From Narcine bancroftii (Eukaryota), in assembly GCF_036971445.1 (NCBI RefSeq), contig NC_091476.1, positions 27,280,001 through 27,344,000 on the forward strand: DNA of 64,000 nucleotides, written 5' to 3'. Under the pieces are notes generated by a model. The model was not told the DNA's origin. It was given only the letters and a program-made list of their open reading frames with translations, and did not search any database. A program made the position numbers and the translations under genes. Shown in pieces: positions 1 to 12,967 of this stretch (its first letter is position 1; the number at the start of each line of letters is the position of its first letter).

Positions 1-597
1 AAAACTCCTGCTTTTTGGGTTTTTTGTTTAAATACAACTGGTGTCTCGTGACCCTTTATGAATGGTGTGTTCTACAGTATCCACAACTTTCCTGAATTTT
101 CTTGTGTTTGTCTAGATGCCTCAAATTCCAGTTTCTATTATGCAGATTACAAATAAAAACACAAGTAGACATTTCTTTTGTTGACAATTTATCAAGTACT
201 GAACAAATTCCCTGGTCTTGAAAGTAACATTAATTACCGGGTAAATCAATTTCTGTTATCAATTGAAGGAATAATTACTTAATAGCATCAGCCAACTAGT
301 CCAAGCAGTAACGTGATATAAATAGAGCTATTGATTCCAGTACTGACCTCCTGAAATATGGACATTAAGATCCACCAAAAACTGGAACAATCTGTTGGTG
401 CTAAAGCCAACCAAAGCCAGTATGTATTGCTTCCTTCCATTTGTTGGACAGACTCGATTAAAAATAAATTGAGTTGGATCTTAAACATGACATAAAAGCT
501 TTGCTAAAAGGCTTTGTTGCAATCAAATGGCTGCCTTGCTCATTAGAAAAAGATTAGTCTGCTTGCACTTTCCTGATCCTCTTCCCTCCAATTCCTT

Positions 598-749
598 TCA
601 TTTTAGTACTGCTAGTTCCTGGAGGAGCTGCTCCTTCTCTCGCTGAAGTTCCAGGATGTGCTGCTTGTTTTGATCTAAACGATCCTCCAGCCACTGTAGC
701 AGAGGTCCACTTATGGATGACATCTGGCTGCACAGATTCTTTGTGAAAA
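598..749 (-). CDS. BRCC3: BRCC3 coding exon 8 (C-terminal coiled coil and stop)
   Basis: Acceptor ttcctctccag, then VFTKNLCSQMSSISGPLLQWLEDRLDQNKQHILELQREKEQLLQELAVLK*. The eight exons sum to 786 nt, which is 261 aa plus stop. Confidence 0.95.
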
Positions 750-1089
750 CTGGAGAGGAAGAAAACATGAACATTATTGCACTGAACTAACTTCAACAAA
801 AAAATTCTGAAACACAAGAATTCAGCTATTAACTGCCAGTGCATTTTTTTTAAATTCTAAAGCATGAAATAGTTGAATTACAAGAGGTACATTACTCTTT
901 AGACCACTCTAATTGGCTAACCCACACCTGCTCATATTTCAGTAAATGCACCTCAGAGCCAAATTGTTTATTCATATTCATGCATATGATTAATTATGTT
1001 CCTTACAACATCTTTTTCTCTCATCTGTTAAAACTATTCTCATCACTTTATTCTATCTCCTACTCCGATGTATACTCTTCAATTAAATA

Positions 1090-1610
1090 GAGGTTTGGTA
1101 CATTACATGTGCAATTATGATCACCACGCTATACAAAGATGTAAAGGCTTGGGAGAGGATGCAGAAGAGGTTCACTATGATAATTCCTGGATTGGAGTGT
1201 ATTAGCTACAAAAAAAATTGGACAAAGTTGAATGGTTTTCTCTGGAGTACCAGAGGACGAGGGGAAACTGGATAGAAATGCATAAAATTATTTGAGGCAG
1301 AGGTAGGATAGAAAGTAAGTTTTGCCCTTTGTTAAATATCAGAGGCCACAGGTTTAAAACAAGAAAATTTAAAGGAGATATGCAAGGCAATTTTATTTTC
1401 TTTTGTTTTAAGTGCCAAAAAATGTGCTGCCAGGAGAGTTGGTAGAAGCAGATAAGAAACGCATTTAGGCAGAAAGGAACTGGCAGGGAATTGTAGGGTG
1501 TAGGCCATGCACAAATAGATGGTGTTACTTAGAATGGCATTGTGGATGGCATAGACATGGTGGCTGAAAGGCTGTTTCTGTTCTGAACTGTTTAATGTTC
1601 TATGTTTTCA
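1090..1610 (+). mobile_element. Old CR1-type LINE 3' fragment
   Basis: Decayed ORF2 C-terminal coding sequence and a 3' tail resembling the young CR1 copy at 14.5-15.9 kb. Confidence 0.65.
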
Positions 1611-1700
1611 ATGACCACTGCAATAATGTCGCATACCCCTGACACTACGCTTCCAATGCTCAATGTGCATTTATTTCTCTCAAACACAGTCATTACTAAC

Positions 1701-1744
1701 CTGATCCATTGTGAATCTTGGTTATTGGGTCCAGATGTGTCAGA
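1701..1744 (-). CDS. BRCC3: BRCC3 coding exon 7
   Basis: Acceptor tttttttcag, then LTHLDPITKIHNGS (44 nt), donor gttagt. Confidence 0.94.
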
Positions 1745-2069
1745 CTGAAAAAAATAAGAATTACAGCTCCATGAAGAATTTCCTACTGAATATAATAATC
1801 TATTGTCAACAAGGTACGAGTTAAATTAATAAATTTCAAGCATAAATCAAAAGGCAAAGTCTTCATTATAAATATACCAGCTACCAAAAGGCTAATACTG
1901 TATTTTTTCCTCAATTCTGATTAACATCAATAAACTGAACAGGTTTCCTGACATTTGAAGGTGTTTCTCTGGACAATCTAGATCTTTGTAGCTTGCAACC
2001 ATATTTTTGATAAACACAAAGCAGAAATAATAGAAAATGATCGCAAAAGCTATTCTTTACCAGATTTCT

Positions 2070-3060
2070 GATTCAGATTAATTATCAGAATACTTGCATG
2101 ACATCACTATCAACTGAGAACCCTTTTTACCTGCGGGCATGGTAGAATTACCACTAATTGGTAGTACAAAAAATAAACTCTACACAGTAACGTATAAACA
2201 GATAATAAATGTTAAAAAAAATTGCAATATAGAGAGAACAAAAGAAAATTAATAAGTGCACAAGTAAGAGTACTTAAAAGTCTCTGAGTTTATCGTTGAT
2301 GAGTCTGATGGAGGAAGGTTAGTAGCTGTTCCTGAACCTGGTGGTGCAAGACTTGTAGTGTCTATACCTCTTTCCTGATGGCAGCAGCGAGAACAGAGCA
2401 TGCTGGGTGGTGTAGGTCTTTGATGATTGCTGCTGCCCTTCAACGACAGCAATCCCTGTAGATGTACTCAACAGTGCGGAAGGTTTTACCTTGGTTGTCC
2501 TGGGCTGTGTCCGCTACCTTTTAGAGAGCTTTACACTCAGCGGTATTGGCGTTCCCATACTAAACCATGATGCAGCCAATCAGCAAACTTTCCACCACAC
2601 CTCTGTAGAAATTGCCAGAGTTTCTGGTGTTATACCAAATGTCCACAAACTCCTGAGAAAGTAGAGGCACTGATGGGCTTTCTTCACAATGCCATTAGTA
2701 TGTTGGTTCCAGGAAAGATCTTCTGAGATAGTGATTCCCAAGAACCTAAATTTGCTCACCCTCCCTACCTCTGATCCCCCAATGATCACTAGATTGTTGA
2801 CTTCAGAAAAGGAAAGCCAAAAGTATACAATCAGCTCCTTAGTTTTGGTGACATTGAGGGCAAGGTTGTTGTTGGTGCACCATTCAGCCAAGTTTTTATT
2901 GTCCATCCTGAACGCTGACTCATTCTCTTCCTTTATACATCCCACTACCATGGTATCGTTATAGATGATGCTACACAGTTGTAGGTAATAAAGTGAGTAC
3001 AGCAGGGAGCTAAGAACACAGCCTTGTGCTGTTCCAGTACTGATAGAAATTGTGGAGGTT
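2070..3060 (-). mobile_element. Rex1/Babar-type LINE 3' fragment
   Basis: ORF 2580-3080 contains STGTAQGCVLSSLLYSLY and FRFLGITISEDLSWNQHT...KKAHQCLYFLRSL, the C-terminal half of a reverse transcriptase. Confidence 0.8.
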
Positions 3061-3309
3061 CTCAATGAATACATCTTCAAGTTTCTGACAGATAAAAATC
3101 TTTAGAGTCCTTTAATCTATACCCCACATATCTCAGAATTAGCAATGTACCTCCTCAAAATGATAAAAACAGAACTACAGAATTGAAGTTATATTGAATT
3201 CACAGGTTATGTCATTACAAATAAATTTATTCAACGTGGTTAAAACCTCCAAAGAGCTTCAAGAAATGGATACAAAAATTAAAGCAGCATCGTAAAATAG
3301 GCCAATCTC

Positions 3310-4730
3310 CCTCCTGTACGCTGACTCATCACCTCTTTTTATACAACTCACTATCGCGGTATCATCAGCGAACTTGTATATGGTGTTACTCTCATACTGA
3401 GCCACAGTCATAGGTGTAAAGTGAGTAGAGATTGTGGAGGAGATGTTCTTACAATCCTCACCAATCTAATTAAACTGTTGGGCGTTGAATACCAGGTCTT
3501 GGAGTTTGCTGATCAATTTTGAGGGGATGCTGGTGTTAAATGTCAAACTGTAGTTAATAAAGAGCATCCTAATGTATGCACCTTTGCTGTCCAGATGTCC
3601 AGGGCTTTGTGCAGGGCCAGTGAGATGGCATCCACCGTGAACCTATTGCTACAATAGGCAAACTGGAACGGATTCATGTTGCCACTCATACAGGAGCTTA
3701 TATGCTTCAACATCAGCCTTTCAAAATACTACATCACTGTTGATGCAAGTGCCACAAGTCTATTGTCATTTAGGCAGTTTACCACACTCTTCTTGGGCAC
3801 TGGTACAACAGACTCGTGCTTGAAACTGGAGGGTAACATGCCCTGCTGGAGTGAGATGTTGAAGATAATCCATTAATACATTGGCAAGATGGTCAGCAGA
3901 TTTTTAATACTCAGCCAGATACTCCATCCGTACTGGATGCTTTCCTTAGATTCACTCTCCTGGGTTACAGAAATGAGAGGATCATCAGGGGACATGGAAG
4001 TGCGAAGCCAATGTTCTTCCTTGTTCTTGTAGCCAAATCGGGTGTAGAAGGCATTAAGTTCACCTGGGAGAGAAACTTTGTCATCTCCTACTGCACTGGA
4101 TTTGGGTTTGTAGCAGGTTATATTATTTAGACCTTGTCACAGCTATCGGGTATTCTTTGTAGTTTCCATTTTCATCTGGAAACTCCACTTCACCTGGGAA
4201 ATGGCTTTCCGAAGGTCATACCTGCTCCTTCTGTAGTGATCTGGATCTCCGGACTTAAATGCCTGTGACACAGCTCTCAGCGGGTTCCAGAATTCTTTGT
4301 ACACTCAGGGCTTCTAACTGGAGAAAACCCTGAACAATTTGGTGGGGACATACTTGTCCACAGCTGTTTTGATGAAGTCTGTTACAGCCCTGGTGTAATC
4401 ATTCAGATCCTCAGCTTAGTCTTTGAACACCGCCAAATTGCTGACTGGAAGAAGTCCTGTAACTGTTCTTCAGCCTCCTGCAACCGCCTTCTTGATGCCC
4501 TGATCTCCAGAGCCTCTCTTTTTTACTGTTTTTAGGCTCTAACTGTTTGAAAGCAGAAGAAGCACAGCAGGTGAAAAATGCAGTCTCAAGAAAGAAGAGT
4601 AGGCCATCCTTAACTTGATGTAGTAGTGATCGAGTGTGCTGGGATCTCTGGTCCAGCAAGTTACATACTGGTGGTAGTTGGGCAGGGTTTTCTTGAGACA
4701 GGCCTGGTTAAAGTCACCAACAATGATAAG
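3310..4730 (-). mobile_element. Rex1/Babar-type LINE internal fragment (decayed)
   Basis: Minus strand reads KFADD, DPFQFAY, VMKYFERL and VGDFNQ-type motifs interrupted by stops and frameshifts. Confidence 0.7.
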
Positions 4731-4935
4731 AACTAAGGTACAAATTATTACTTAAATATTTTGGAGCAAAGAATGAAGCTTGAAAGTCAGGAATAGATGG
4801 AAATAGTCAGGACTAGAATTGCCAAATGCATGGCTGTGGATTTCAGCAACAAGCATAACAAAGTTACAGAGAAGGAAACATAAATTGCAAGGGTATGTAG
4901 TCTTAAACTTGAAGTTGTATCTCATTTAACCCTAC

Positions 4936-5067
4936 CTGTGAATTCTTCTATAAGCATCCTGCTCTTCCTGACAAAGTATTTTTGGAAGTTCCACAGCTGA
5001 CTCCAGGCATACTTTCCCAATGGTTTCATGTGGCACAACATGAATAGGGATTTCGATTCGTTCATAC
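4936..5067 (-). CDS. BRCC3: BRCC3 coding exon 6
   Basis: Acceptor ttatttcag, then YERIEIPIHVVPHETIGKVCLESAVELPKILCQEEQDAYRRIH(S) (132 nt), donor gtaggg. Confidence 0.95.
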
Positions 5068-5419
5068 CTGAAATAAAATTATTTTTAAAATTAATTTGGT
5101 TCTCAAGTTTCCTGGTTCATCAGATTATCACAAATGATTTCAGATGCTTGTATAATCCCAAAGGTTAAAATAGATCCCCAAAAACATCATTATTGTTTGA
5201 GAACAGTCTTCCTCTCCCCATTGCTTATTTTATACACAAGTTCAATACCTGGCAGAGAAAACACATCATATCTGGATTGAATTACGATGAAATGAGTGTA
5301 ATGTTTCCTTTCTTCATTTAGCATTCCTTCATATTAATATTATTATTCAGCTTGTAAGGAACCAAGACCTTTAATAAATATCTCGCATCCCACTATAGCA
5401 TATGTTTGATTATACTTAC

Positions 5420-5475
5420 TCAGAACCTTTCTGTGCTTGAATTGACTGGAAACAGGTATAGAGAACTCGACCAGT
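5420..5475 (-). CDS. BRCC3: BRCC3 coding exon 5
   Basis: Acceptor tttgtttcag, then TGRVLYTCFQSIQAQKGS(E) (56 nt), donor gtaagt. Confidence 0.95.
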
Positions 5476-6719
5476 CTGAAACAAACAAGGAGAAAACCAA
5501 TTATAGATTTTATTCTAACTGCAACCATAAAATATGTGTAGACCTTAATCACTAAATGATTTTTAAAAAACTTGCCATTTGCAATAATAACATCAATGAT
5601 AATGGCAGTTAAAACAACTGTATCCACACTTCCAATTTCACATCTATAGAGACCGAATTGATGACAATTAAAAGAACTTGGACTAAGACCACAGCACAAA
5701 ATGATTCAAGTCCCTAAAAATTAGCAGCCACATTATCAAGACAATGGAGGAAGTTTATATGGTAAATGGAAAACAGTTGTATTGGTTTGGTTTAAAGGTT
5801 TCCTTGCTAGGAAAAAGTGAAGAGAACTGTGAAATCGCTGCTTTAACAACATTTGATACTGTCAGGAAGTGCAAAATTTCACTTTCTTTAATTTTGATGC
5901 TGGTCAAATAGAAAATACAACATGTTAATCAAGATCTGAAAAGAGAAGGAAGAACCAGTAAAGGGAAAAACAAGACAGCTCTAAATTGCAGAGAGGGTGG
6001 GGAAGGGATGATTAGGACAAAAGATACATTGTTCATAGTGAGGCCAGGGTTGTTGTGAAGATGAGCTGCAAAATAACTCGTCAGGTGGATGGGTTAATAC
6101 CGACAGTTAGAGAAAGACAATTTGAACATAAAAGTTATGAAATGAGGGGAGTTGGGTAGGCAAGGCTGTGCTAATGGAGAGAAAAAACCTGAGCCAATAT
6201 CATAGATGGTCTGGCCTGTTCGAATACACACAGAATGCAAATTTTAATTGTGTGTTGTGGTAAGTAAATACAAGAAACAATAAAATGAAATAACCAATAC
6301 ACTTGTTCTTGTACATTAGTACTAAATGTTGGCCAGACAACCTACAAAATATACTGTACATCTTAAAAAATATATGAGAAGTCTTAAATTGTGCCTCCTT
6401 CCAAATCGTAACAACTCCACCAATATCTCTGGAAAGATGAGATTGAATCTTGAGCACTGCCTGTATTTTGAGTTTCAGATTTCCAAGATTCGTGATTGTT
6501 TCAAAATGACTGACATTCAACTTGTTAACTGTACAATTATTTTCTGTAGTTTTTTCTCTTTTATAATTAACAAAGATTGTGCTAATGCTGTTCTATAACC
6601 AGCTAGTTAAGAGCCAATATCAAGTGCAATAGCTTCCCTCCAAATCTTCAAGGAAGCATTGAACCTTTGATGTCTGCCACCTCGGGATTAGCACACAAAG
6701 AGTAAAAATTAATATAAAC

Positions 6720-6808
6720 CTTGGTATTCTTGTCTTCAATGAAGCAGGAAAAGATAAGCCCAACAAAACCCTGGTCCATCATCTGGTACATGGCCTGAGT
6801 TCGGACAT
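6720..6808 (-). CDS. BRCC3: BRCC3 coding exon 4
   Basis: Acceptor tctatcag, then DVRTQAMYQMMDQGFVGLIFSCFIEDKNTK (89 nt), donor gtttat. Phase is consistent. Confidence 0.95.
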
Positions 6809-7839
6809 CTGATAGAGAGAATAAAGAATTACATTTTGTTTTCTAAGCAGATTATTCAATACGTACACTGACCTGCTAAATTAGTTAAAAGGTCCTCAAA
6901 CTTTTATAAAGTTCCTCAATATAATTTGATCTGAAGTAGTATTATAGGAAAATTATAGAAACTTTAGCACCAAGGTACATTTTTAATCTGCCCCTATACA
7001 AAACATTCCAAGAAGAAGCTGCCTTCCCTCAGTTAAGATTACCTTTATGTAATAAAACCATAATTTTTATTAAAAAAGGTCGTGAATTGGATAAGAAATC
7101 ATTTTTTTCTTTCTCTAAGCAATGCAAATAGAACACTGAGGTTCTCATAATTTTACAAAATCTTTCACAAATGAAAACCCATGGAGAAAAGATTGCTGAT
7201 AATTTTTGAATGCAAAGCCATCCCAAATGATAACTGTAAAACAGCAATCTGTTTTATGAATCTCAAAGCATCCAAGTGCCAGTTTAATAATTTGAGTCAA
7301 TTAGACCTCAAAATTCCAGATTTTGAGGTAACTAATCAAGGAAATCAATCATTCGGCCACCTGATGTTAGTTGGTTTGTTTACAGTTTAACTCCAGAGCA
7401 CCTTATCCAAGATATTGCCTTTGCTCTAATCATCTCTTTTCCTACCCTTTCTAAAATTTAAAGCCAACTAGCTTTCTCTCTTCCTGCATTCCAAAGATGT
7501 CCAGAGTTAGTAGGCTAATTAGGATGTATTTGAACAGTGCAGACTCATGGGCCTGTTTCCATGCTGCATTTCTAAATTTAAAAAATCTTAGTTCTGACAA
7601 AGATCTTTGACTAGAAATGTTAACTGTTTTTCTTTCCATCGATGCTGTCTGACCACCTGAATGTTTCCAGGATTTATCATCCGTGGAAGTTAAAACCCAT
7701 TGCAGAGATTTGTCAACATCTATGTAATTGTCTATTAGTAAGGTGCAAAAGACACTTAAAATCAAGCAATACTTCATACTGTTCACATAAGGCACATTAC
7801 TCCAGGGTTACTCAACATATGGTTCAGACATTCACTTAC

Positions 7840-7927
7840 CTACATGTGAAGGCCACACGGTGATATGCGGATGAGAATGATACCATCCCACCACTCTCAT
7901 TGGGTGGCCAGTCATATCTGCTAATCT
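7840..7927 (-). CDS. BRCC3: BRCC3 coding exon 3 (JAMM motif)
   Basis: Intron ends ...cacAC, then RLADMTGHPMRVVGWYHSHPHITVWPSHV (88 nt), donor gtaagt. The HxH...S..D metal-binding motif is intact. Confidence 0.96.
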
Positions 7928-8481
7928 GTGTGATTTGTCAAAGATAATAAAGTCAAGATATTTCTGCAGAATCCTTCAATGTTGCAATATCCAAGACTGG
8001 AACCCTCCTTAGAACCCTCTTAAAGAAATACCTTAATGCACACAGAAGTATGAACTTTACTAATTTACTGAGAAAAATATTATTAACAATTTTTAAAAGA
8101 TATTTTACATTAATTTATAGTGCTATCATAAAACATTAAAAATTTTCTGTATCACATCTTGCTGTTGTAACTGATGAAAGGTTTATATGCATCCTTTGAA
8201 AATTTTATTAAGCAAAGTACAAACATGTCTCTGTCTCGCATCCCTGTCTTTACTTCAAATGTGCATTGTATTCAATCTGGAGCAATCTAATCAAAACTCT
8301 GGGTTCCAAAGATCCTTATTCCCAATGTTTAGGTGCCTCATCTTGTGAAAACACAGAAAGTATCACCTGACAATATTTGCACCAGGTCATTTTGTATTCT
8401 GGACAAATAGGTCATGAGGCTTTGTTAAACTGAGAACCTTACATAATAGCAATCTCTATTGTGTGATCACTGAAAGGATAT
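7928..8481 (-). other. U12-type (minor spliceosome) AT-AC intron, BRCC3 intron 2
   Basis: 5' splice site ATATCCTTT. Branch-point-like TCTTTGAC about 9 nt before the terminal AC. This junction keeps the EAE|RLA frame, and no GT donor is available at the exon 2 end. Confidence 0.9.
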
Positions 8482-8601
8482 CTCAGCTTCAGTAGAGGCT
8501 GCAGAAAGTTGCTCGGGAGAAATTTCCACACGATCTTTTCGCTTATCTGAACGACGGAGAATGATAACAGAATGAATGTGAACAATTCTGCTTGTGTCAA
8601 C
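8482..8601 (-). CDS. BRCC3: BRCC3 coding exon 2
   Basis: Acceptor ttttctcag, then VDTSRIVHIHSVIILRRSDKRKDRVEISPEQLSAASTEAE (120 nt), then U12-type donor ATATCCTTT. Confidence 0.96.
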
Positions 8602-9107
8602 CTGAGAAAATTTGAAAAGATTCATTAATTATCTTGTATTTATTTCCTATCCTTTTCAAGGTGTCATACTGCACTCTTTTTCAATTCTGGAAATTGGCTT
8701 AACAATCAGTCAGAGAAACAAATAAAAACAAATTTTCGAAAGGGACTTGATAATCTGCCACACAATGGTCATGACACAGTGATAAAATAGATGATCAGAA
8801 ATAACAAATTTGCATAGATAGACTGGCTGTGATGAAGATAAGCTGTAATGAAATTTGGTTAAGAGGAATAGCAGAATACAGATGGCTCCAAGTGTACAGG
8901 TGCGTGAAATGGAGCAAGTTAACATGCAGGCAATCAGGAAGGCAAATCGTATGTTGGGTCTTTCTTCTAAGGAGGTTTAATTACAAAAGTAAACTGGATT
9001 TTTAGCAACTGTTCACATTTTTTTGGTAAAGTCCCCAAGATGGGCATCAGCGGGAGTTAATACACGATTACCCTCAGTAATCGTTTAGTACATCAAGCAC
9101 TAGCATA

Positions 9108-9212
9108 TCTTCTTCTTTCTTTTCTTCTTTCTTTGGCTTGGCTTCACGGACGAAGATTTATGGAGGGGTAAATGTCCATGTCAGCTGCAGGCTCGTTTGT
9201 GTCTGACAAGTC
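9108..9212 (-). mobile_element. RTE LINE short 3' end
   Basis: Matches the 3' terminus of the copies at 37.2 kb and 60.7 kb (…ccataaatcttcgtcc…gaagccaagccaaagaa). Confidence 0.8.
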
Positions 9213-9490
9213 AAATCTAAATTCCTGTGGCTTTATCACACCTATAATACAATTTCAGTTTCATATCAAAGGTTAGATAAACTAAGGCTTAGAAGTGTAG
9301 CAGTGCAAATTTACTAGATCAATTTCTGCAGATGAAGGCATTGTCCTACAAGGAGAGGTTCTGGAAGATGAGGCTATGATTAATGTAGTTTAGAACAATG
9401 AGCGGTCATTCGCTTTGAAACATACAATACTCATGGTTCATTTAACAAGATGTATGTATTCTTGAAAACCTCTAATAATTTCACTTCTAT

Positions 9491-10463
9491 TGTTACAAGC
9501 CCAAAGGACCCCAAAACCCAGCAGCAATAGACATTCACCAAGTAGTTACTTAAACAAAAGTTGTTTTTAATTATCTTTAAACATGAAAACAGTATCAAAC
9601 TTTAACTTATCTCTATTGAGTGTGTAAATTTAAGAAAAGTTCTTTGGTTCACAGTTCAATCTCACTTCTCATTCTTCCAAGTTCACTGGTTGCAGGCAAT
9701 TCTTATACTGTGCACAGAATTTAACATGTATAAAGTTCAACAGGCTTTGGTGCTCGAAAGGTAAATGTTTACTGCTCAGGTAGGTTCTTTGTAGGTTTGC
9801 AGAGAGAGATTTGTTGTTCCAGCATTTCCACAACTGAGGTACCACCATTAGTCACCTCAATGTCTTGCTGATGAAACTTGCCCCGTCAGGGTTCTCCAGA
9901 TGATAACCTCTTTCTTTCAGGCTATCACAGAGTTCCTTTCTGTTCTTCTTATTCCAAGAGAAACATCAGACAGATAGCACTTCCAGCCATCCACCACTCT
10001 GGAGCTTGTTTCAGTTCCAACAAACTTCTCCTGGCTTGCTTCAACTGTGACTATCTCTCTTCATCTGAGATCCCAAGCTGCCAGCCACATGTCCTTCTTT
10101 CTCTCTCACACACTTGCAAACCGACCCCCCCCCCCCCCCACCTTCTTCAGCAAACAACAGGAGTTAGTCTCCTTGATCAATCTGTTGTTTTTAGGTAAAC
10201 AAGAACCCAGAAGTGACCTTTCTGTGCACTCTGTCAAAACCCTTGCAAAGAGCTTTCAACAGCCAGTGTCTCCTGCTTGTTGCTTTAATGACATCAATTC
10301 AATTAGAACCTAATTGTGAAATGTGCATAACATTCTGCATAGTTTCTGTAAAATCTACTGAATATGAATTCTTCAGTACTTCAAATAAGATCTGTTTTAA
10401 AATGTGTGTATGTTTGTAACCTACTCAAATTTTACGAATTTATCTCCCAAATATTCCATTACA
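9491..10463. mobile_element. Solo LTR (973 bp)
   Basis: TG...CA termini (TGTTAC...ATTACA) with a 4-bp TSD CTAT at 9487-9490 and 10464-10467. A related copy lies at 37028-38997. Confidence 0.8.
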
Positions 10464-12386
10464 CTATAATTGAAGGAACAGATTTAAACACAATTGTGTA
10501 TAAACACAATCTCCAAGTGAGGCAGGACAAGTCTTCCATCAAGGTTTACCATGACTTTACACTTAAATCCTCTATTAATAAAAAAAACAATGGATGCCCT
10601 GTCACTTTCAATATGTGGACATATCCAGATCTCTCTGCTCTTATACCTATTTTAGAATATTCTATATCATTCCTCCTCATTCTTCCTACCAAAATACACC
10701 TCCACCCATTCTGCCATGTTTTAACCTGGTTGCAACACCTCATATCCTCCTATGCAGTCCTCAATGTTACCAAGTTTTGTATCATCCACAAATCTAGAAA
10801 TGATTACTTGCATCCCATGTCATTAATTTTAGAAAAAATATGATCCTAACATTGATCCCTAGGAATGCCACTATTCGCGATCCTCCTGTCACAAAAGCCA
10901 CTACTCACCACAACCCTCTGTTGTCTGTTACTTAGCCATGTACATCATGTTCCTTTTGTGCCACATTTCATTTATGCGTAAGCCCATTTTGTGGCATCTG
11001 ACAAATCATGTGCACATCCTTCAACTGCATTACCTTCAGCTACTCTATGTGTTACCACATTCTAAATTTTATCAAGTTAGTTAACATGATATGCCCTTCA
11101 TATATACATGCTAGTTTATTTTAATCAATCCATGTTTCCCCAGGTGACTTTTAACCCTGTCCTGAATTAATATTTCTAAAAACTTTTCCACCACTAAGAT
11201 TAAACAGACTGGCCTGTTTTTGCTCACCCTACCCTTCTTTTGTTTTTGAACAAAGGTGCAATATTTGCTATTCTGGAGCCAACCCCTTATCCAAAGAACA
11301 CTGAAAGATTATGTCCAATGCCCAAACATAAAAAAGTTAGGTTTCCTGGATTAAATAACAAAAGGAATAATATGTAGGTGAAAAGGTATGGCAAATAGAT
11401 AAACAGAGATCAATCTGGAACTGCAGAATTATTATTAGAAATTGTTGAAAGCATTGAGCCCAAGATTATTACACAACGTATCAAAAAAATTACATCAAGC
11501 ATTATTGGAACAATGGATGATCCCAAGAATGGAAGATGAAGCCAGTAATAAGAGAATTAAAGGAACAGGTTAATTAGGAATAAAGTCCTTCTCATAAACT
11601 GAATTATGGTACTTCATTAAGCAGTTGTCCATTCTGCAATGTCTGCTCTATGTAAAAATAACAGGACAACATGAGTAATGAATATAATAGTGAACTGCTG
11701 TTTTATAGAAAAGTTCAAGGGACTTTGGAAAACAGCTCTTTACAAAACAGGCAGTTCAAGAGGAGGGGGGAAGGAAAGACAGCAATTCACAAGAGATGCA
11801 ATAAATGTTGAACTAGAGAAACCCATTATTGTTTGGGAAGGAAGCAGTAAAGAGAGATCAAATGTATGGGAAATCATGGAAACTACAATGGAAGGAGAAT
11901 CATTTGATTATGGAGATTTTTCAGTATGAAAGATAACATTGTAAAAACTGATGTGACAAACAAATAAAATAGGAAAAAGAAATGGAGTTCTTGAGGTGTA
12001 GTCCAGGTAGTTGTGCAGCCAGTGATGGCTAACCTGTCCCAAGAAATGGGGGCCCGAAATTAACCAGAAGAATGAAAGGGAAGAGTGGACATTAATGATC
12101 TATCAACATCTCCTTCTGTCAATGTTGGTCAACAATGGCGTTTTAATATAATCATCCTAATCACTCTCCATTTGTTAATTTACAATGTGAGACAAGTAAA
12201 TCTTTTAAAAATCTTTTAAAAATCTTTTAAAAAAATCATTAGTCTCCCAAAGTCATATGCTGCTACCTACCACAAGTCAAGCATCATGCTCCACACAAAC
12301 TGTATCCCAATATATATTTTTTTTTTACAATGTGTAATTTGTAACTAATCATGTCAATAACAATTATTTGCACCAATTCTCTTGGA

Positions 12387-12589
12387 CAGTGGTTCTCAAC
12401 CTACCTCCCTGCCCCCTCAAACTCACATACCACCTTAAGCAATCCCTTCCTAACCACAGAACACCTGTGGCATCTATGCCAGAGGACAGAAGTTCTCACT
12501 AGCAAAGATGTCACAGGTGCTCTGTAGTTAGGAAGGGATTACTTAAGGTGGTATGTGAGTGGTTGGGGTGGGGAGGTTGAGAACCACTG
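12387..12589. mobile_element. Fold-back hAT-like MITE
   Basis: TIR CAGTGGTTCTCAACCT...AGGTTGAGAACCACTG. Nearly the whole element is palindromic. A related partial copy lies at about 17885-18100. No clean TSD. Confidence 0.75.
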
Positions 12590-12919
12590 TTTACTTAGTA
12601 TGTGAGTGGTCGGGGGAGGGGGGTTTAGAGGAGTGTGTGAGATTGATCGATTCCCCACTCCCTGCATTTCGGTGCTGAAAGGTTACATTTGCTTGCTCAT
12701 TCATGAGCTCGGATTGGGTCACCTTTGCCACCCATCCACCACCACTCCCCGCTCATCATGAGCCCCTGACGGCCCAGTGGGAACCAGGCAATAGACGCTG
12801 CCTTGGCGCCGGCTCGGTTCCTGCCCTCATCCCCAGGGCAGCAGCTTTCCTTCCGACCCCGCAGAAGGAGACGCGGGTCCCCGTCAGGGCAACGCCCTGG
12901 TTGGTCGGAGGGGCGCGCG

Positions 12920-12962
12920 GTTGCTAGGGTGACGGCCGCCCGGCCCCGGTTGCTAAGGGATC
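12920..12962. promoter_or_regulatory. Tandem RFX X-box-like motifs at the start of BRCC3 intron 1
   Basis: GTTGCTAGGGTGAC (12920-12933, reverse complement GTCACCCTAGCAAC) and GTTGCTAAGGGATC (12949-12962). Motif match only. Confidence 0.45.
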
Positions 12963-12967
12963 GGTAC

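Noticed and set aside
554-844. 96-aa minus-strand ORF overlapping the last BRCC3 exon
   Set aside because: It is an alternative frame of the BRCC3 exon with no independent support.
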